Of a stretch of 64,000 nucleotides of DNA, positions 40,371-53,995 are shown one piece after another. The notes below the pieces were generated by a model that had not been told where the DNA came from, did not search any database, and was given only the letters and a program-made list of their open reading frames with translations. Position 1 is the stretch's first letter, and every line of letters starts with the position of its first letter. The stretch is from Camelus dromedarius (Eukaryota). A program made the position numbers and the translations under genes. The stretch covers positions 71,426,001 to 71,490,000 of the forward strand of contig NC_087437.1 of the NCBI RefSeq assembly GCF_036321535.1, in the 5' to 3' direction.

Positions 40371-41129
40371 TTTTGTTTTTTATTGAGTTATAGTCAGTTT
40401 ACAATGTTGTGTCAATTTCTGGTGCAGAGCACAATTTTTCAGTCATGTATAAACATACATATATTTATTGTTACATTCTTTTTCACTGTGAGCTACCACA
40501 AGATCTTGTATGTATTTCCCTGTGCTATGCAGTATAAACTTGTTTATCTATTTTATATATACCTGTCAGTATCCACAAATTTCGAACTCCCTTTCTGTTC
40601 CTTCCCACTCCCCTCTCCCCTGGCAACCACAAGTTTGTATTCTATGTCTGTGAGTCTGTTTCTGTTTTTATTTGTTTGTCTTTTTTTTTAAGATTCCATA
40701 TATGAGTGATATCATACAGTATTTTTCTTTCTCTTTCTGGCTTACTTCACTTAGAATGACATTCTCCAGGGACATCCATGTTGCTGCAAATGGCATTATG
40801 TTGTCATTTTTATGGCTGAATAGTATTCCATTGTATAAATATACCACAACTTCTTTATCCAGTCATCTGTTGGTGGACATTTAGGCTGTTTCCATGTCTT
40901 GGCTATTGTAAATAGTTTTGCTGTGAACATTGGGGTGCTGGTGTCTTTTTGAATTAGGGTTCCTTCTGGATATATGCCCAGGAGCGGGATTCCTGGGTCA
41001 TATGGCAAGTCTGTTCCTAGTTTTTTTGTGAAATCTCCATACAGCTTTCCACAGTGGCTGCACCAAACTGCATTCCCACCAGCAGTGTAGGAGAGTTCCC
41101 TTTTCTACACACCCTCTCCAGCATTTATC
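40371..41129 (-). mobile_element. Young L1 3' end (same subfamily as the 12991 and 19444 copies)
   Basis: ORF 40796..41008 PYDPGIPLLGIYPE...WKQPKCP..DDWIKKLWYIYTMEYYSAIK; TSD AACACAAAA(C/T)GT(T/A)CTTT at 40354-40370 and 41130-41146. Confidence 0.93.
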
Positions 41130-42129
41130 AACACAAAATGTACTTTAGAAAATGGGATTGAGACTTTCAAATTTTAGTAAGTACTGTCAGTGGTGCCAGT
41201 ATAGGACCCAAATCATTAGAAAGAATATTATTTTTATGTAGAGCTTGTTAAACTAGGGTAAGCAAGAAAAATATTTTGTACTTGGGAGCATTTTAAACAT
41301 TTCTTATTTTTCTTTCCAGAAAACTAAAGTATGTTTAAAGATATATTGCGTTCCCCCTACCCACAGTCTGTATAGTGTATTATTTGTTCTATAATTTATC
41401 TTCAAAAAGGAGACTTATAAGGCAAAGCATTTGAACTGAAATAACCACATTTTATAGTTCAGTGTGCCACCAATAATAATTATCAGTAGAGTCACTAATA
41501 AGTTCCTTGACTTCTGGGCCTTTGTTTCTTTGTCTTTAAAGAGAACAACTTGAATCTGAATGGGAAAGGCCAAAGATTCAAGTTTTTGTGTCAGTTCTAA
41601 TCTGTGGATAGTGTCTTATCAGTATTGTGTTTAATCTGATGAAAGCTTTGATGAGTTCTCAGACTGCAAAAAAATAATAATAAAAAAGGTTATGTCATTA
41701 ATTACTAATGGCATGTGTGCCACATGTTTGCCATCCTTGGTTTCTATCAGCTCTAGCTTTCTATGATACCAAGAAATAAAACTTTGAAATCATGTATGAA
41801 TTGTTCTCTTTTAAGCTGCTTTCTTCATTTTGCTCTTGTGTCTGCTTTTTGAGACCTGCTCTCCCATCCTTCCCCTTCATGCCACTTTTACTTTTTTTAT
41901 AGCTATGTATTGTCCTCCACTGTTAAGTACCTACTATGTGCAAGGCAATGATTCTTGTGTAATCCTCATAACAGCTCTCAGATAGGATCCATAGTCTACT
42001 GATGTATCAATAAGTATAGTATAAAACAGACACATAGGTGAGTGAAGAAGGAAATAAAGCTTGGTTGGTTCTAGGGGTTTGAGTAGTTTTATATGGCCAA
42101 AAAACAATGTGGGAGGGAGAGGGAGGGAA

Positions 42130-42690
42130 GACACCTAGGCCAGGGGCCACAGCTAGGTGATGAAGGGCCAAGTGAATTTTACTTTGTAGATCGTGTGCAA
42201 TTTTTGGAAGATTTTAAGCTGAGAAGTAAAGTGGTCAGATTTGTGTTTTAGAAGGATTATTCTGACTGCATTGTGATGGCTTTGTCTCCTTGGATCTAGT
42301 CTTAATCCCCTTCATTAGGCTATTACAATTTGGGTTGAAATGATGGCCTGAACCATACTGCTAAGACAAAGGATATAGGAGCAGGTTATGAAGATATTTG
42401 GGAGGCAGAATTAATAGGGATTAAAATGGGATATAAGAGTACATCTAAAACTAAATTTTTGTATTGGATGAATCATGAGGCTATTCATCAAGGTAGAGAA
42501 TAGAGGTAGATGTTCTAATTTCTGATAGAGAATAATGAGTTTTGTTCTTGTTGTGTTGAATTTGAGATTCCTACAGAGATACCCAGTAAGCAGTTGGGAA
42601 TATGTGCTTGAATTCAGAGATTTGGAAGTAAAAACATTAACACCTAGCTGATAGTAGGGGAAAAGCCAAAGCTGGGAAAGAGTTCTCTTA
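42130..42690 (-). mobile_element. L2 fragment
   Basis: ggaagattttaagc...gtcagatttgtgttttagaaggattattctgactgc; ttgaatttgagattcct. Confidence 0.7.
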
Positions 42691-42916
42691 ATTGAACATA
42701 CTGAACATGGGAAAAAATTTTTCAGAGTAATTTTATTCTTTTTAGGGTATAGCCTTGAGTATATTTTGTCCTTGTGTGTATTTAGCACTTCTGGTACCCA
42801 GTCAAATAATTGCTGAGATTTTTACACACCTAATACTTGGCAGTCATGTAGCATTGGAGAAATGATTGACTCACCACCACTTTTTTTTTTTTTTGATACC
42901 TGCTAAACCACTAGAA

Positions 42917-43137
42917 CAGTGACTCTCAACGAGTAGCACACCTCCCATCACCCCACTCCAGACATCTGATAATACCTGGAGATGTTTTTAGTTGTCACAA
43001 TGGGGTGAGATGGTTCCTGGAATCTAGTGGATAAAGCTAGAGGTCCTGCTGAACATCCCACGGTGCTCCAGAAAGCCCCTTACAACAAAGAATTATCCAG
43101 CCCCAAATATCAATAGTACAAGGATTGAGAAACTCTG
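42917..43137. mobile_element. MER20 (hAT-Charlie)
   Basis: cagtgactctcaac...tggagatgtttttagttgtcacaa...acaacaaagaattatccagcccc...ttgagaaactctg; about 220 bp with inverted termini. Confidence 0.85.
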
Positions 43138-45704
43138 CTTTAAAATATAGATGAGGTGAGAGTTTTTCAGTTACAGTAAAGGCCTAGAGATTCTTGGATT
43201 TACTTAAAGTAAGTTAGTTCCTTGAAACATTTGAGGTCCTTTCCTAAGTCTTGTAGTTTGATAGAAGAGGTAAGATTGAAAATAAACACTTCGTCAGTGC
43301 AGAGGTTCTGTGCCATGGAAGAGTACTACTATGTACCATAGTTCAGATGAGGTGGAAATCAGCAAGATGGCAGGTTAAGGCCTCATGAGCAGTTAATATT
43401 TAAGCTGTGCTTTGATAAACACTGAGTAGGCTTACTTTTAGGTTGAAGGAATTTATACTTTAGAGGTATAACTCTTTCATGCAATTTGCTTGAAGGCAAG
43501 TATTTAGAACCAGATTACTGCTAGCTAGGAAAAAAAATAATCTATCCTCTAAGCCTCTTGAAATTTTTTATTAAAGGACCCTGGACATGCTTTGATCCTT
43601 GCTAAAAGACTTTAGATTTTATACAGATACCTTTTATCAGTACACCTTAGGTAAGTGTTCTGGGTTAGGTATTTCTCTCTCCTAACCTTGAGGAGTAAAG
43701 AAGACTCTTTTGAAGGAAGTCATATAATGTGGCTGATAATGCACCATAGTGGGAATTCACAAAGGCCTGATTCTGGCTTTATTGATAATTGCCGTGTAAC
43801 TCCAGGCACATCTGTCTCCATTCCATCATCTGAAATGAAAGGGAGTAGAACCAGTGGCTTCTAAGATCCCTTCCAGATCAAACATTCATCATAACAAGTG
43901 ACCAAGGAACTAAAATTTTGTACCAAGGTGCACTTAAATACCCATCTAAAGTGTAAAAGCTTCAAGCTTTTTCTGTACATCATTTTCTCTTTTTGCTATA
44001 TAACTACTTTAAAATTCATACTTTGTATAAAAAGACCCACTTTAGTGTAGTCATATCTCCATCTTGTGGCCTTTCAGAATATTGCTACTAAATATAGTTT
44101 TTACAGTTGTGGCCATAATTGATGTTACTTTTGAAAGCTAGGAACATTTGAGTGCTTATTAGCTGTTATTGCTGTGCTAAATACTTAACAAGCATTACCT
44201 CATTTTATCACACTGCTTGTTTTATAAGCCAAAGGTTCTTATAAACCTACTACCATATTGTAAGTGCTAAGACTATATGAGATTCCACTCAGTAACAGAC
44301 CAATGTTGTGATGCTGACACAAATTAATGGGCTCCCTAAAGTAGGAGGCAAGTAGCTGTGTTTTCCAGATCTAAAGACTTGGTTCATATTTCTATGCATA
44401 CTTCTGCTATGTCAGCCTGACCCTCTCTTTTAGATCCTCTATCTAAAAACTTTGGTATGAAGATGCATTGGGGTTTCTTACAGATTTGAAAAACAAGGAA
44501 AATGAAATGTCACATGCGTTTACTTGAGCTAAGAGAATGACTTAGTTTCTTTAACAACTACTGTCTTCAGTTTTTTAGTTAGGGTTGTGAACTCTAGTGC
44601 CAACAGGAACCTGGGACTAAGCAGACAAAGGTAAATGAGTAAAATAAGATAAGAAATGTAGACTTTGTGTAAAGTCTTCTGATTTAAATATTAGCAACCA
44701 ACTTAACTTGAAAAAGCAAAAAACTATTGAGTCAAATTTGTGTGGCCACACAGCTGATTTAACCTTTAGGCCAGGAATTTGGAGCTTATCTATAGAGTAG
44801 AGGTCTTAAACTGATAAATTAAGATAGTCTATATTGTTAAATTATATTGAAATCTTATCTGAAGCAAGCAGTCAGTGTAGTGATTTAAAGACAGCTTCAG
44901 AGTCGGGCCAGTTTGAGTCAGTTCCTCAGTACTATGTTACACACATTAAAGCTATAGTATAACATACTGTACTGCTTGCATAAGGGAGATGTTTAACGTT
45001 TTTATGTGAAATCCACCCTGATCATATAGCATATTTTTTCCAGTGGTCTCTTCCACTTGTCTATGCCCATCTTTAGTCTCTATGTCCCTCGTCAGACCCC
45101 TTGGACTTAGAAATCTACACACATGCAGTGGGAAGTTTATTAATTTGAGTAGGTGTTAAATTTGTGTGGTAAAAGTAACATGCTTATTATAAAAGTAAAG
45201 AGTCCAAGGTAGAATGTAGGAATCTGAAATTTTAACTGGCAAAGTGATTCTGCCATATAGCCAAGTTTGAAACCCATTCTTGACTTTCACAACACTACTA
45301 CCCCAGATTTTTCCCCTACTCTGTTGACAGTTGTTTCTCAGACACCTTTATGGGCTCATACTCTTTTACCCCTAAAATTCAAGTATTAATAGTTCTGTTT
45401 TCACATGTTCTCACTGCAGACATTCTTGGTAATGTGATGTGTTCCCATAATCAGAGGATGTACATTGTACATTATTTATTTCTATTCCAGGAAACAACTA
45501 TTAAAGTGATGTTACAAAAGGGAATTCTTTCCTTGCAAATTAACTTAATGTAAAAGGTCCATGTTCATTCTCTCTGCTAATTATTTGTATCTACTTAATG
45601 GCAGCATTGCATCCAGTCACATTAGGTGGCATTTAAACTGTTACATAAATGCATTTTTTTAAAATGATCATTCTAAAAAGTGTTTGACAGTATCATATGG
45701 AGAG

Positions 45705-45810
45705 CCAACTGTACTATGCGATTTTACATAAGGGCCTTGAACATCTATGGATTTGGGTACGTCAAGGGGTACTGGAACCAGTCCCCAGTGGATATCAAGG
45801 GACATTATAG
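45705..45810. mobile_element. TcMar-Tigger terminal fragment
   Basis: ttttacataagggccttgaacatctatggatttggg...ctggaaccagtccccagtggatatcaaggga. Confidence 0.65.
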
Positions 45811-46849
45811 TTTCAGTTAGGAACACAAGTCACGACATGTAGCCATTTACACCAAAGACAAAGACAGGCTAGAGACTGCTGACTTTAGAAGATTAGGTCT
45901 GTATCAGTATGGAAGGCTTATTCTCATCTCATTCAGCTTCCCTTCTATAAACTGAAAGTTTGGTACAGCTGGAAATAGAGAAGTTGTAGTTTGTTAAAGG
46001 TTTGAAGCTCTATCCTCCTATGTTCTTTCAGATAGTAAAGAATAAATGAGTCTTCAAGTGCTTTCTACTCTTGAGTTTTAGTATTAAAGGTAATATCATA
46101 AATAACTACAGTACTGTTACACCTAATGCCATATTGTGATCTGATACCTGGTCTGTATTTGGTTTTTCTCATATGTCTTACAGATGTGTTTTTAAAATAG
46201 GTTTGTTAAATCGGAATCTATAAAGGTCCTCATGTCGCAGTTGGCTGAAATGTCTCACCATCTCTTAATCTGACAGTTCTTCCTTTAAAAAAAAAAACAA
46301 ATTTACTTCAGAATAGTTCTAGTTATGGTTTTAGATTTATATTTGTGAAGACAGTACAGATAGTTCCCAGTTTCCCCTATTAGTAACAACCTACAGTAGT
46401 ATGGTACACTGTTAAGAAAATGAAAAGACAAGCCACAAATTGGGAAAAAATAGTTGTAAATTATATACCTGACAAAGGACTTGTATCCAGAATATGTAAA
46501 GAACCTTGCAACTCAATAAGATAAGCAATTCAATTTTAAAATGAGAATTTTCTTAATGACTTAACAAAAATTCTAGGTTTATTCCCAGGCCTAGACCATA
46601 GGCAAAAGATTTAAATAGACGTTTCACCAGAGAAGATACATAAATTGCTAATGATCATATGGAAAGATGTTTTAGCATCATTAGTCAGAGAAATGCAAAT
46701 CCAGTGAAATTATCACTTCACACCACTTAGAATAGCTGTAAACAGACAGGCAATAAAAAGCATTGGTGAGGATGTGGAGAAACTGGAACCCTAATATATT
46801 ACTAGTGGGAATGTAAATGATGTGGCCACTTTGGGAAATAGTTTAGCAA

Positions 46850-47726
46850 TGTATTAGTTTTCCGTTACTGCTGTAACAAATTACTACAAGTTTAGTGGCT
46901 TAAACAACACGGACATATTATCTTAGTTCTTGAGATCAAAAGTCTGAAATGGATTTCACTATGCTAAAATCAAGGTAGGTATAGCCTACCTGATTGATGT
47001 CTACCTGGAACCTCAGTGTGTAACCTTATTTAGGAATAGGATCTTGGCAAATGTAATAAAGATGAGATCATACTCAATTAGGGTGGGCCTAAATCCAATG
47101 ACTAATGTCCTTATAAGAATAAGAGAGCATATACATATACACACAGAAGACCATGTGAAGATAAAGGCAGACATTAGAGTTAGGCTGCCACAAGCCAAGA
47201 AACACCTGAGGCCACCAGAAGCTGACAAAGGCAAGGAAAGATTCTGCTCCAGAGCCTAGAGAGCATGGCTCTGCTGACATTCTGATTTTGGACTTCCAGC
47301 CTCCAAAACTTGGAATGCATTTCTGTTGTTTTAAGCCACTGAGTTTGTGGTAATTTGTTAAGGCAGCCCTAGGAAATTGATACAACAGGATTGTTTCTTC
47401 TAGAGTCTCTAGATGATAAACTGTTTCTTTGCCTTTTCAGCTTCTACAGATTGCTTTGCATTCCTTGGTTCATGACCCTTTTTGTCTTCAAAGTCAGCGG
47501 CATAGCATCTTTTAATCTCTCGTCTCTGCTTTTATCACATCATCATCTCTGACTCCTAAGGACCTGTGCGATTACAGTGGGTCCACCCACGAAGTTTGGG
47601 AAATTTTCCCATCTCAAGGTCTTAATAACGTCTGCAAAGTCCATTTTCCATATAAAATAATATATTAATAAAGGTTCCTGGGATGAGAACATGAACATAC
47701 TTTGGGGGCCGTTATTCTGTCTACCA
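46850..47726. mobile_element. MLT1-type MaLR LTR with a second MLT1 LTR in opposite orientation inside (~46990-47384)
   Basis: Outer tgtattagttttccgttactgctgtaacaaattac...gggggccgttattctgtctacca; inner ends ttgtggtaatttgttaaggcagccctaggaaattgataca. Confidence 0.82.
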
Positions 47727-48234
47727 AGGCAGTTTCTTTAAAAAGTAAAACATATTTGCCATACAACCCAGCAGTCCCACTTCTAGCTATCTACTAGAAA
47801 AAAAAAAAAAACTGAAGCACGTCTGCACATAGACTTGTATGCAGTATTCATAGCAGCATTATTTATAATCTCAAAGTAAATACAGTTAAAATGTCCATTA
47901 AGTGATGAATGGATAAACAAAATGTAGTATATTCATATAGTGGAATACTATTCAGCTACTGACACGAATTGCAACATGGATGAACCGCAAAAACATGCCG
48001 AGTGAAAGGAGTCTAGTTCAAGAAATCACATATATTGTATGAAATGTTCAGAAATGATAAGTCTATAGAAGGTAGATTGGCCAGCTTAGAGTAAGAAAGG
48101 GGATTTGTTTCAGATGTTTGCAAGGGATTTTAGGGTGTAATGTGAGTGTTCTACAGGTTAATTGAAGTGATGGTTGTGCAACTTTGTAAATAGTCTAAAG
48201 CCATTGAATTGTACAATTAAAACAGATGAATTTT

Positions 48235-48338
48235 GTTAATTATTGAGGTATAGTCAGTTTACAATGTTGGGTGCATTTCTGGTATATAGCACAATGCTTC
48301 AGTCATACATGAATATACATAAATTCATTTTCATATTC
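48235..48338 (-). mobile_element. About 100-bp L1 3' terminus with TSD
   Basis: TSD TAAAACAG(A/G)TGAATTTT at 48218-48234 and 48339-48355. Confidence 0.85.
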
Positions 48339-48649
48339 TAAAACAGGTGAATTTTATAGTTTATAAATCATACCTCAAGAGGCCATTTAAGAGAAAAATC
48401 AATGAGAGGGATATAAGGGGTGGAGGCGTATACACCTAAATGTAGTAAAACTTGTAGAAGAAAACAAAAATCTAAATGTTAGTGACCTTGGCTTAGGCAA
48501 AGATTTCTTAGATATGACCTTGAAAAGCATGATCCTCAAAAGAAATTCATCAAAATGTATAACTTCTGTTAAAAAAACACTATTAAAGGAAAAAAAGTCA
48601 CACAGACTGGGAGAAATCCTTTGCAACATACATAGCTTAAAAAGTACAA

Positions 48650-48780
48650 GGGGGAGGGTATATAGCCCAGTGGTGGAGCGCATGCCTATCATGCACAATG
48701 TCCTGGGTTCAATCCACAGTACTTCAAAGAGAAAAAAATAGATAACTAAACCTAATTACACCCCCCACCAAAAAAAAACC
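48650..48780 (+). mobile_element. Vic-1-like SINE
   Basis: GGGGGAGGGTATATAGCCCAGTGGTGGAGCGC...CTGGGTTCAATCC...AAACCTAATTAC. Confidence 0.85.
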
Positions 48781-48869
48781 CCCACATGCAGTCGGGACGG
48801 TATAGCTCGGTGCTTATCTTACAAAGGACATGTATTCATAGTATACTGTAATAAGAGAACCAAGGGTGT

Positions 48870-48922
48870 TTTTGTTTTGTTTTGTTTTGTTTTGTTTTGT
48901 TTTGTTTTGTTTTGTTTTGTTT
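48870..48922. repeat. (TTTTG)n pentanucleotide microsatellite
   Basis: Direct read, about 10 units. Confidence 0.95.
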
Positions 48923-49847
48923 CGTTTTTAAATGGGCGAAAGATTTCAAGAGCTCCTTTACCAAAGAAGATATATGGGTGGCAGAAAAGTACATGAAAAG
49001 ATGTTCATCATTTTTTAGGGATATGCAAATGAAAACCATAGTGAAATGTCACTATACACCTATTAGAATGGCATAAATTTAAAAAGTTGCTAGTGCCAAA
49101 TGCTGGTTTAGATGCAGAGCAACTGAAAGTTTCTTAACTCTCCTAGGTATTTACTCAAGAGAAAGAAAAACTTATGTTTACCCAAGAACCTATGCAGAAA
49201 TTTGTTTATAGCAACTTTATTCATAATCTCCAAAAACTGGAAATAACCCAAATGCCCTTCAACCAAAAGATAAACCATGGTACAGCCATACAATGGAGCT
49301 ATAACAAGGAATGAATGTTGATACAACAGTGTGGTGAATCTCAAAGGCATTATGCTGAATGAAACAAGCCTAGCAAATGGCTGTGTATTGTGTGATTCTG
49401 TTTATGTGATATTCTTGAAAAGGCAAAACTATCGGGAATGAGAAAACAGATTAATGGCTGCCTGGGAATGGTGGTAGAGCTGAACTACAGAGGGTCATGT
49501 GGGTGATTATTGGGGTGATAGAGCCATTCTGTATCTTGATAATCATGGTAGTTAGGTGTGATTATCCATAGTTGTCAAAACTCAGAACTCTCCACCTAAA
49601 AAAGTGAATTTAATTTTATATAAACTATTAAAAGTTTTTTTTCTAAGCTAAGAAGGAAAATCGATCCCCCAAAAGGCTGAAAATAAAGGAACATCTAATA
49701 GTTGGTACAAATAGAAACCTACAAGCTGGTAGACTTGAATAGAATGCAACCAATAATTACATTAAATCTGAACAGACTAAATACTCTGTCACACTAAAAG
49801 AACAATACTCTAAGCATATGCTGTTTACAAAAAGATGTACTTTAAAT

Positions 49848-50265
49848 TTTTTTTTTTCTTTTATTGAAGTGTAGTTGATTTACAATGTTAGTTTCAGGTG
49901 TACAGGAGAGCAGTTGAGTTGTACATATCCATACATATATAAATACATTTCCAGATTCTTTTCCATTACAGCTGATTACAAGAAATTGAATAGTTCCTTG
50001 TGCTATAGAGTAGATCCTTCTTGTACAGTAGGTCTTTTTTGTTTATCTATTTTATATACAGTAGTAAGTATCGGTTAATCCCAAACTCCTAATTTATCTC
50101 TCCACCTCCCCTTTCCCCTTTGGTAACCATAGTTTGTTTTCTATGTCTGTGAGTGTATTTCTGGTTTGTAAATAAAGTTTGTATCTTTATTTAGGTTCCA
50201 CATATAAGTGATACATGATGTTTGTCTTTCTGTGTGACTTACTTCACTTAACATGATGATCTCTA
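49848..50265 (-). mobile_element. L1 3'UTR fragment inserted in an older plus-strand L1 ORF2 5' remnant (~49730-50460)
   Basis: ttttattgaagtgtagttgatttacaatgtt...ttccacatataagtgat; flanks resemble L1 endonuclease-region DNA. Confidence 0.8.
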
Positions 50266-51830
50266 TGAAAAAAACACACTTTACATATAAGGACACAGAC
50301 ATTTAAAGTAAAAAGATGGTAGAAGATACACCATACAACATTATTTAGAAGAAAATGGTATGTCTGTATTGATGAACAAAGTAGACTTTTAAGGCAGGGA
50401 ATATTACAGCAAAAAGAGAGACATTGCAAAATGATAAAAGGATAGATTCATCAACTTAAAACATTTTCAAATACATATGGTCTTAAGACTTCTTAAGTAT
50501 CATTTGAAGAGACTTAAAGGAAGTAAGAAAGTAACATGTAGCATGAAATTGGTTCTCCTTCTTCTCCAGCCCCAGTTTCCACATTTACACAAGGCATACT
50601 TTGTTTTACCATATCAAACTGCCTCTAGTTTCAGGAACACATGATTGCTATTTTGTTCCTGTTCTACCCTTCCCTTAGATTGAAATTCTTGCCCTCCCAC
50701 ATAACAAACTCCTATTCATCCACTACTTTTTCTACAGTTACTTCCATTATAGTGTTATTTTTGTTCTTTGCATTATGTGTACCCCTATTTCCTGCTAGGT
50801 AGGAACTCCTTTGCATTCCATGTGTTAACTCATAGCTGCTCAAATATCTATTGAAGTACAACTGACTTATGCTTTGAATAGGCAACTATTATGTTCTTAA
50901 GAACTCTAGAAAATTTTAGATCCACAGGTAGAATTTTTAAAATCTCTATTTAATTTTCTAATCAAGTTCTTTTAACTTTTAAAAGCTTTTTGGTTGTTTA
51001 CAGTCAAGTGATGTTCTCATTTAGTTGACATTTCTACATAGCCCTCTATGTTTATGCCTTTGATACTGCCTGTTCTTTGCTGAATTATATTTACAAGTTG
51101 ATGATATTACTCTGATATATTTAGAATATCCACATCTTAAAATAATTTGGAGCTAAGTGATCAGGATTACAGAAGTGTTCCATTTCAATCAGACATATCA
51201 TGTTCACAAAAGTTAAACTGTATTTGAAGGCGAATTTTGCTGACAAAGTTATATTTAATAGACATTTTGAAATTATGTTTCTAGCACAGGCTGACAGTCT
51301 GTTAATAATCAAACTTGATAAATTTCTTTCTTAAATGGCTACCAAACAATATTCAAATTTAAAATATCTGTATATATGTACATAAAAGGATATTAGAAGA
51401 CTAAGTACATCTAACTCATTTCTATGGTGTTGGACTTTTTTTTTTAATCAAGACATACTTCTTTTTAATTAGGCGGGAAAGATTAAGCTATTTATTCCCT
51501 AAAGATTCAATATTGTGTTCTATATTTAGTCTTGATCTGCCCACCCTTAATGGAAACTTTTTTAGTACTTAACTTTTATTAGTTTCAGTCTACCACACCT
51601 TCTGTATGAAATCAAGAAATACCTGGTTGTGGTCCTTTAAAAAACTGTAAATATACTTGAAACATGGTAATTTCCTAGAAATTATTCTTAAACCTTTAAA
51701 AAAAACAAGTTCTTTCACTTATAATTTAGAAGCTTAACTTCCTAGATTGTTAAGTTTTCCTTTATTGTTTTACTATTAGATTTCATAATGTAATTTTTCA
51801 GTCATTCTTAAAATACAGACATTGGCTTTT

Positions 51831-52414
51831 TTAAAAATTTCTTAGTTTATTTATTGATCAGTTTTTTAAAATTTTTTATTGAAGTATATAGTCAGTTACA
51901 GTGTGTCAATTTCTGGTGCACAGCACAATGTCTCAGTCATGCATGTATATGTATATATTCGTTTTCATATTCTTTTCCATTAAAGGTTATTACATGATGT
52001 TGAATATAGTTCCCTGCTATACAGAAGAAATTTGTTTTTTAATCTGTTTTTATATACAGAGGTTATCATTTGCAAGTCTCAAACTCTCAAATTTATCCCT
52101 TTCCCTGGTAACCATAAAATTGTTTACTATGTTTGTGAGTCTGTTTTTATTTTGTAGATGAGTTCATTAGTGTCCTCTTTTTCCTTTTTTTTTTCTTTTA
52201 GATTCCACATATGAGTGATATATGGTATTTTCTTTCTCCTTCTGGCTTATTTCACTTAGAATGACAATCTCCAGGTCCATCCATGTTGCTGCAAATGGCA
52301 TTATTTTATTCTTTTTTAATCACTGAGTAGTATTCCACTGTATAAATATACCACAGTTTCTTTATCCAGTCATGTCGATGAACATTTAGGTTGCTTCTGT
52401 GTCTTGACTATTGT
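51831..52414 (-). mobile_element. L1 3' end with TSD
   Basis: gattccacatatgagtgata...catgttgctgcaaatggcatt; TSD CAGACA(T/C)TGGCTTTT at 51816-51830 and 52415-52429. Confidence 0.9.
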
Positions 52415-53799
52415 CAGACACTGGCTTTTAAGTGCAGTGGAGTAATTTTTAAATGGTGTGTTCTAAGTATAATCAATATAATGAGCTATATTACATTTTT
52501 AAAAATTACTGAACCCAATTTGTGATGCAATAATAAATTAAAAAGTAGCATTATACTAAGTGAAATAAGCCAAATAAAGAAAGACAAGTAAATACTGCAT
52601 GTTATCACTTACATGTGGGATCTGGGGGGAAAAAAAAGGAGTCAAACTCATAGAAAGAGTAGAAAAGTGCTTGCCAGAGTAGGGGACATAGGGAAAAGTT
52701 GGTAAAAGAATACAAACTTCCAGCTATAAGAAGTGAGGTGATGGTTATGTTAATTAACTAAATGGGCGGAATCCTCTTTAAAAAACAAAAATAGACTAGG
52801 TAAGATGTGATCCCTATATTTTAAGGAATCCTGTATTTTAAGATGAAATGTTTACTTCAGCCTTAAAGAAGAGAAAGCCAGGATGTACCTTAATGAAGAG
52901 GGAAGTTGTTCTGTGAATGAGATGTAACCTAGTTAAGGAAGACATGAATCTCAGAAAGAGAATTCATTTTAGTTCTCAAATATTCTGGAGAAAGGCCATA
53001 GTTACTGCATATTTACTTACGTGGAAATTATCTACAGTTTTAACTACACATTTTTTTAATATGTTTTCAAACATTTTTGTGTATATTAACAAAAGTTGGA
53101 AATATATGTAAATATATATTTGGAATATGCTTTTTTCCCCCAGGAACCAGTATATCAGCATCTTACTATGCTAATAATATAAATGTATCATGCTTTATTT
53201 CATTAATAGTCCCCTTATTGGTGGACGTTCAGATCCTTCTATTTCTTTTTTTTTTTTTTCTCTTTTTTACCATTATAAAAGTGTGATGATTAACCCTCTT
53301 GTTTAGTCATTTCTCCAACAGAGAGTTTTCAAAATCTATGTGCATATGATGTAAATGATTAATTAGATTGTATTGTTTGCGTTTCCCTGCTATTGACTAA
53401 TACCATTCTGATCCAGAACTAGCACCTAGTGGTAGAACCTATATCATTTCCTAGCTGCTTGGTTGGCATTAGATTGTTTTACTTATTTTTGAACTCATTT
53501 TTATTTTGATTTGACATTTTCTTTAAATATTTTTACCACCCACTGTTAAAATTTTTAAGAAGGCAAATAATGTATATAAGTAGCTAATAATAGTGCTAAT
53601 GGTAATAGGAAGAAGAATTATGTAGATTCTATTTAGGTTTGTCTTGTCACTTTTGATCAACCTTTAGCTTATGATAGTGAAATTGACTTGAGCTATTAAT
53701 TTCTTTTGTTGACAGCTCTGTAGGCAAAATGACTTTGTTACTGAGTCTGTAACTTTATAGTTTTAATTTTTTCCCATGGAACCCATTGTTTTGATTAAG

Positions 53800-53995
53800 A
53801 ATGGTTTCTTAACAATGCTACTGTTGTGTTCTTGATAAGTAGTTTTCAGGTTGGGGTTTGTTGTTTGGATTTTTTTGTTTTTGAAATACAGATTCCCATG
53901 TTCCATTTCCAGAGATTCTGCTTCTGAAGGTATGGGATGGGATCCAGGAGTCTAGATTGTGAATACCACCCCATGTGACTCTGATGTGTGTGTTT
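53800..53995. mobile_element. MER5A-like hAT fossil
   Basis: aatacagattccca...ccagagattctg...ggtatgggatgggatccagga...ccccatgtgactctgatg. Confidence 0.7.

Larger units (their letters stand above)
46410..48375 (+). mobile_element. Old L1 (L1MB/MC-like) hosting nested MaLR LTRs and a short L1 tail
   Basis: aagaaaatgaaaagacaagccaca...ttgggaaatagtttagca [insert] gtttcttaaaaagtaaaacatatttgccatacaaccca; collinear ORF2 end. Confidence 0.8.
48440..49635 (+). mobile_element. Second old L1 ORF2 end/3'UTR fragment
   Basis: KWAKDFKSSFTKEDIWVAEKYMKRCS...MQMKT peptide (ORF 48882..49076). Confidence 0.8.
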
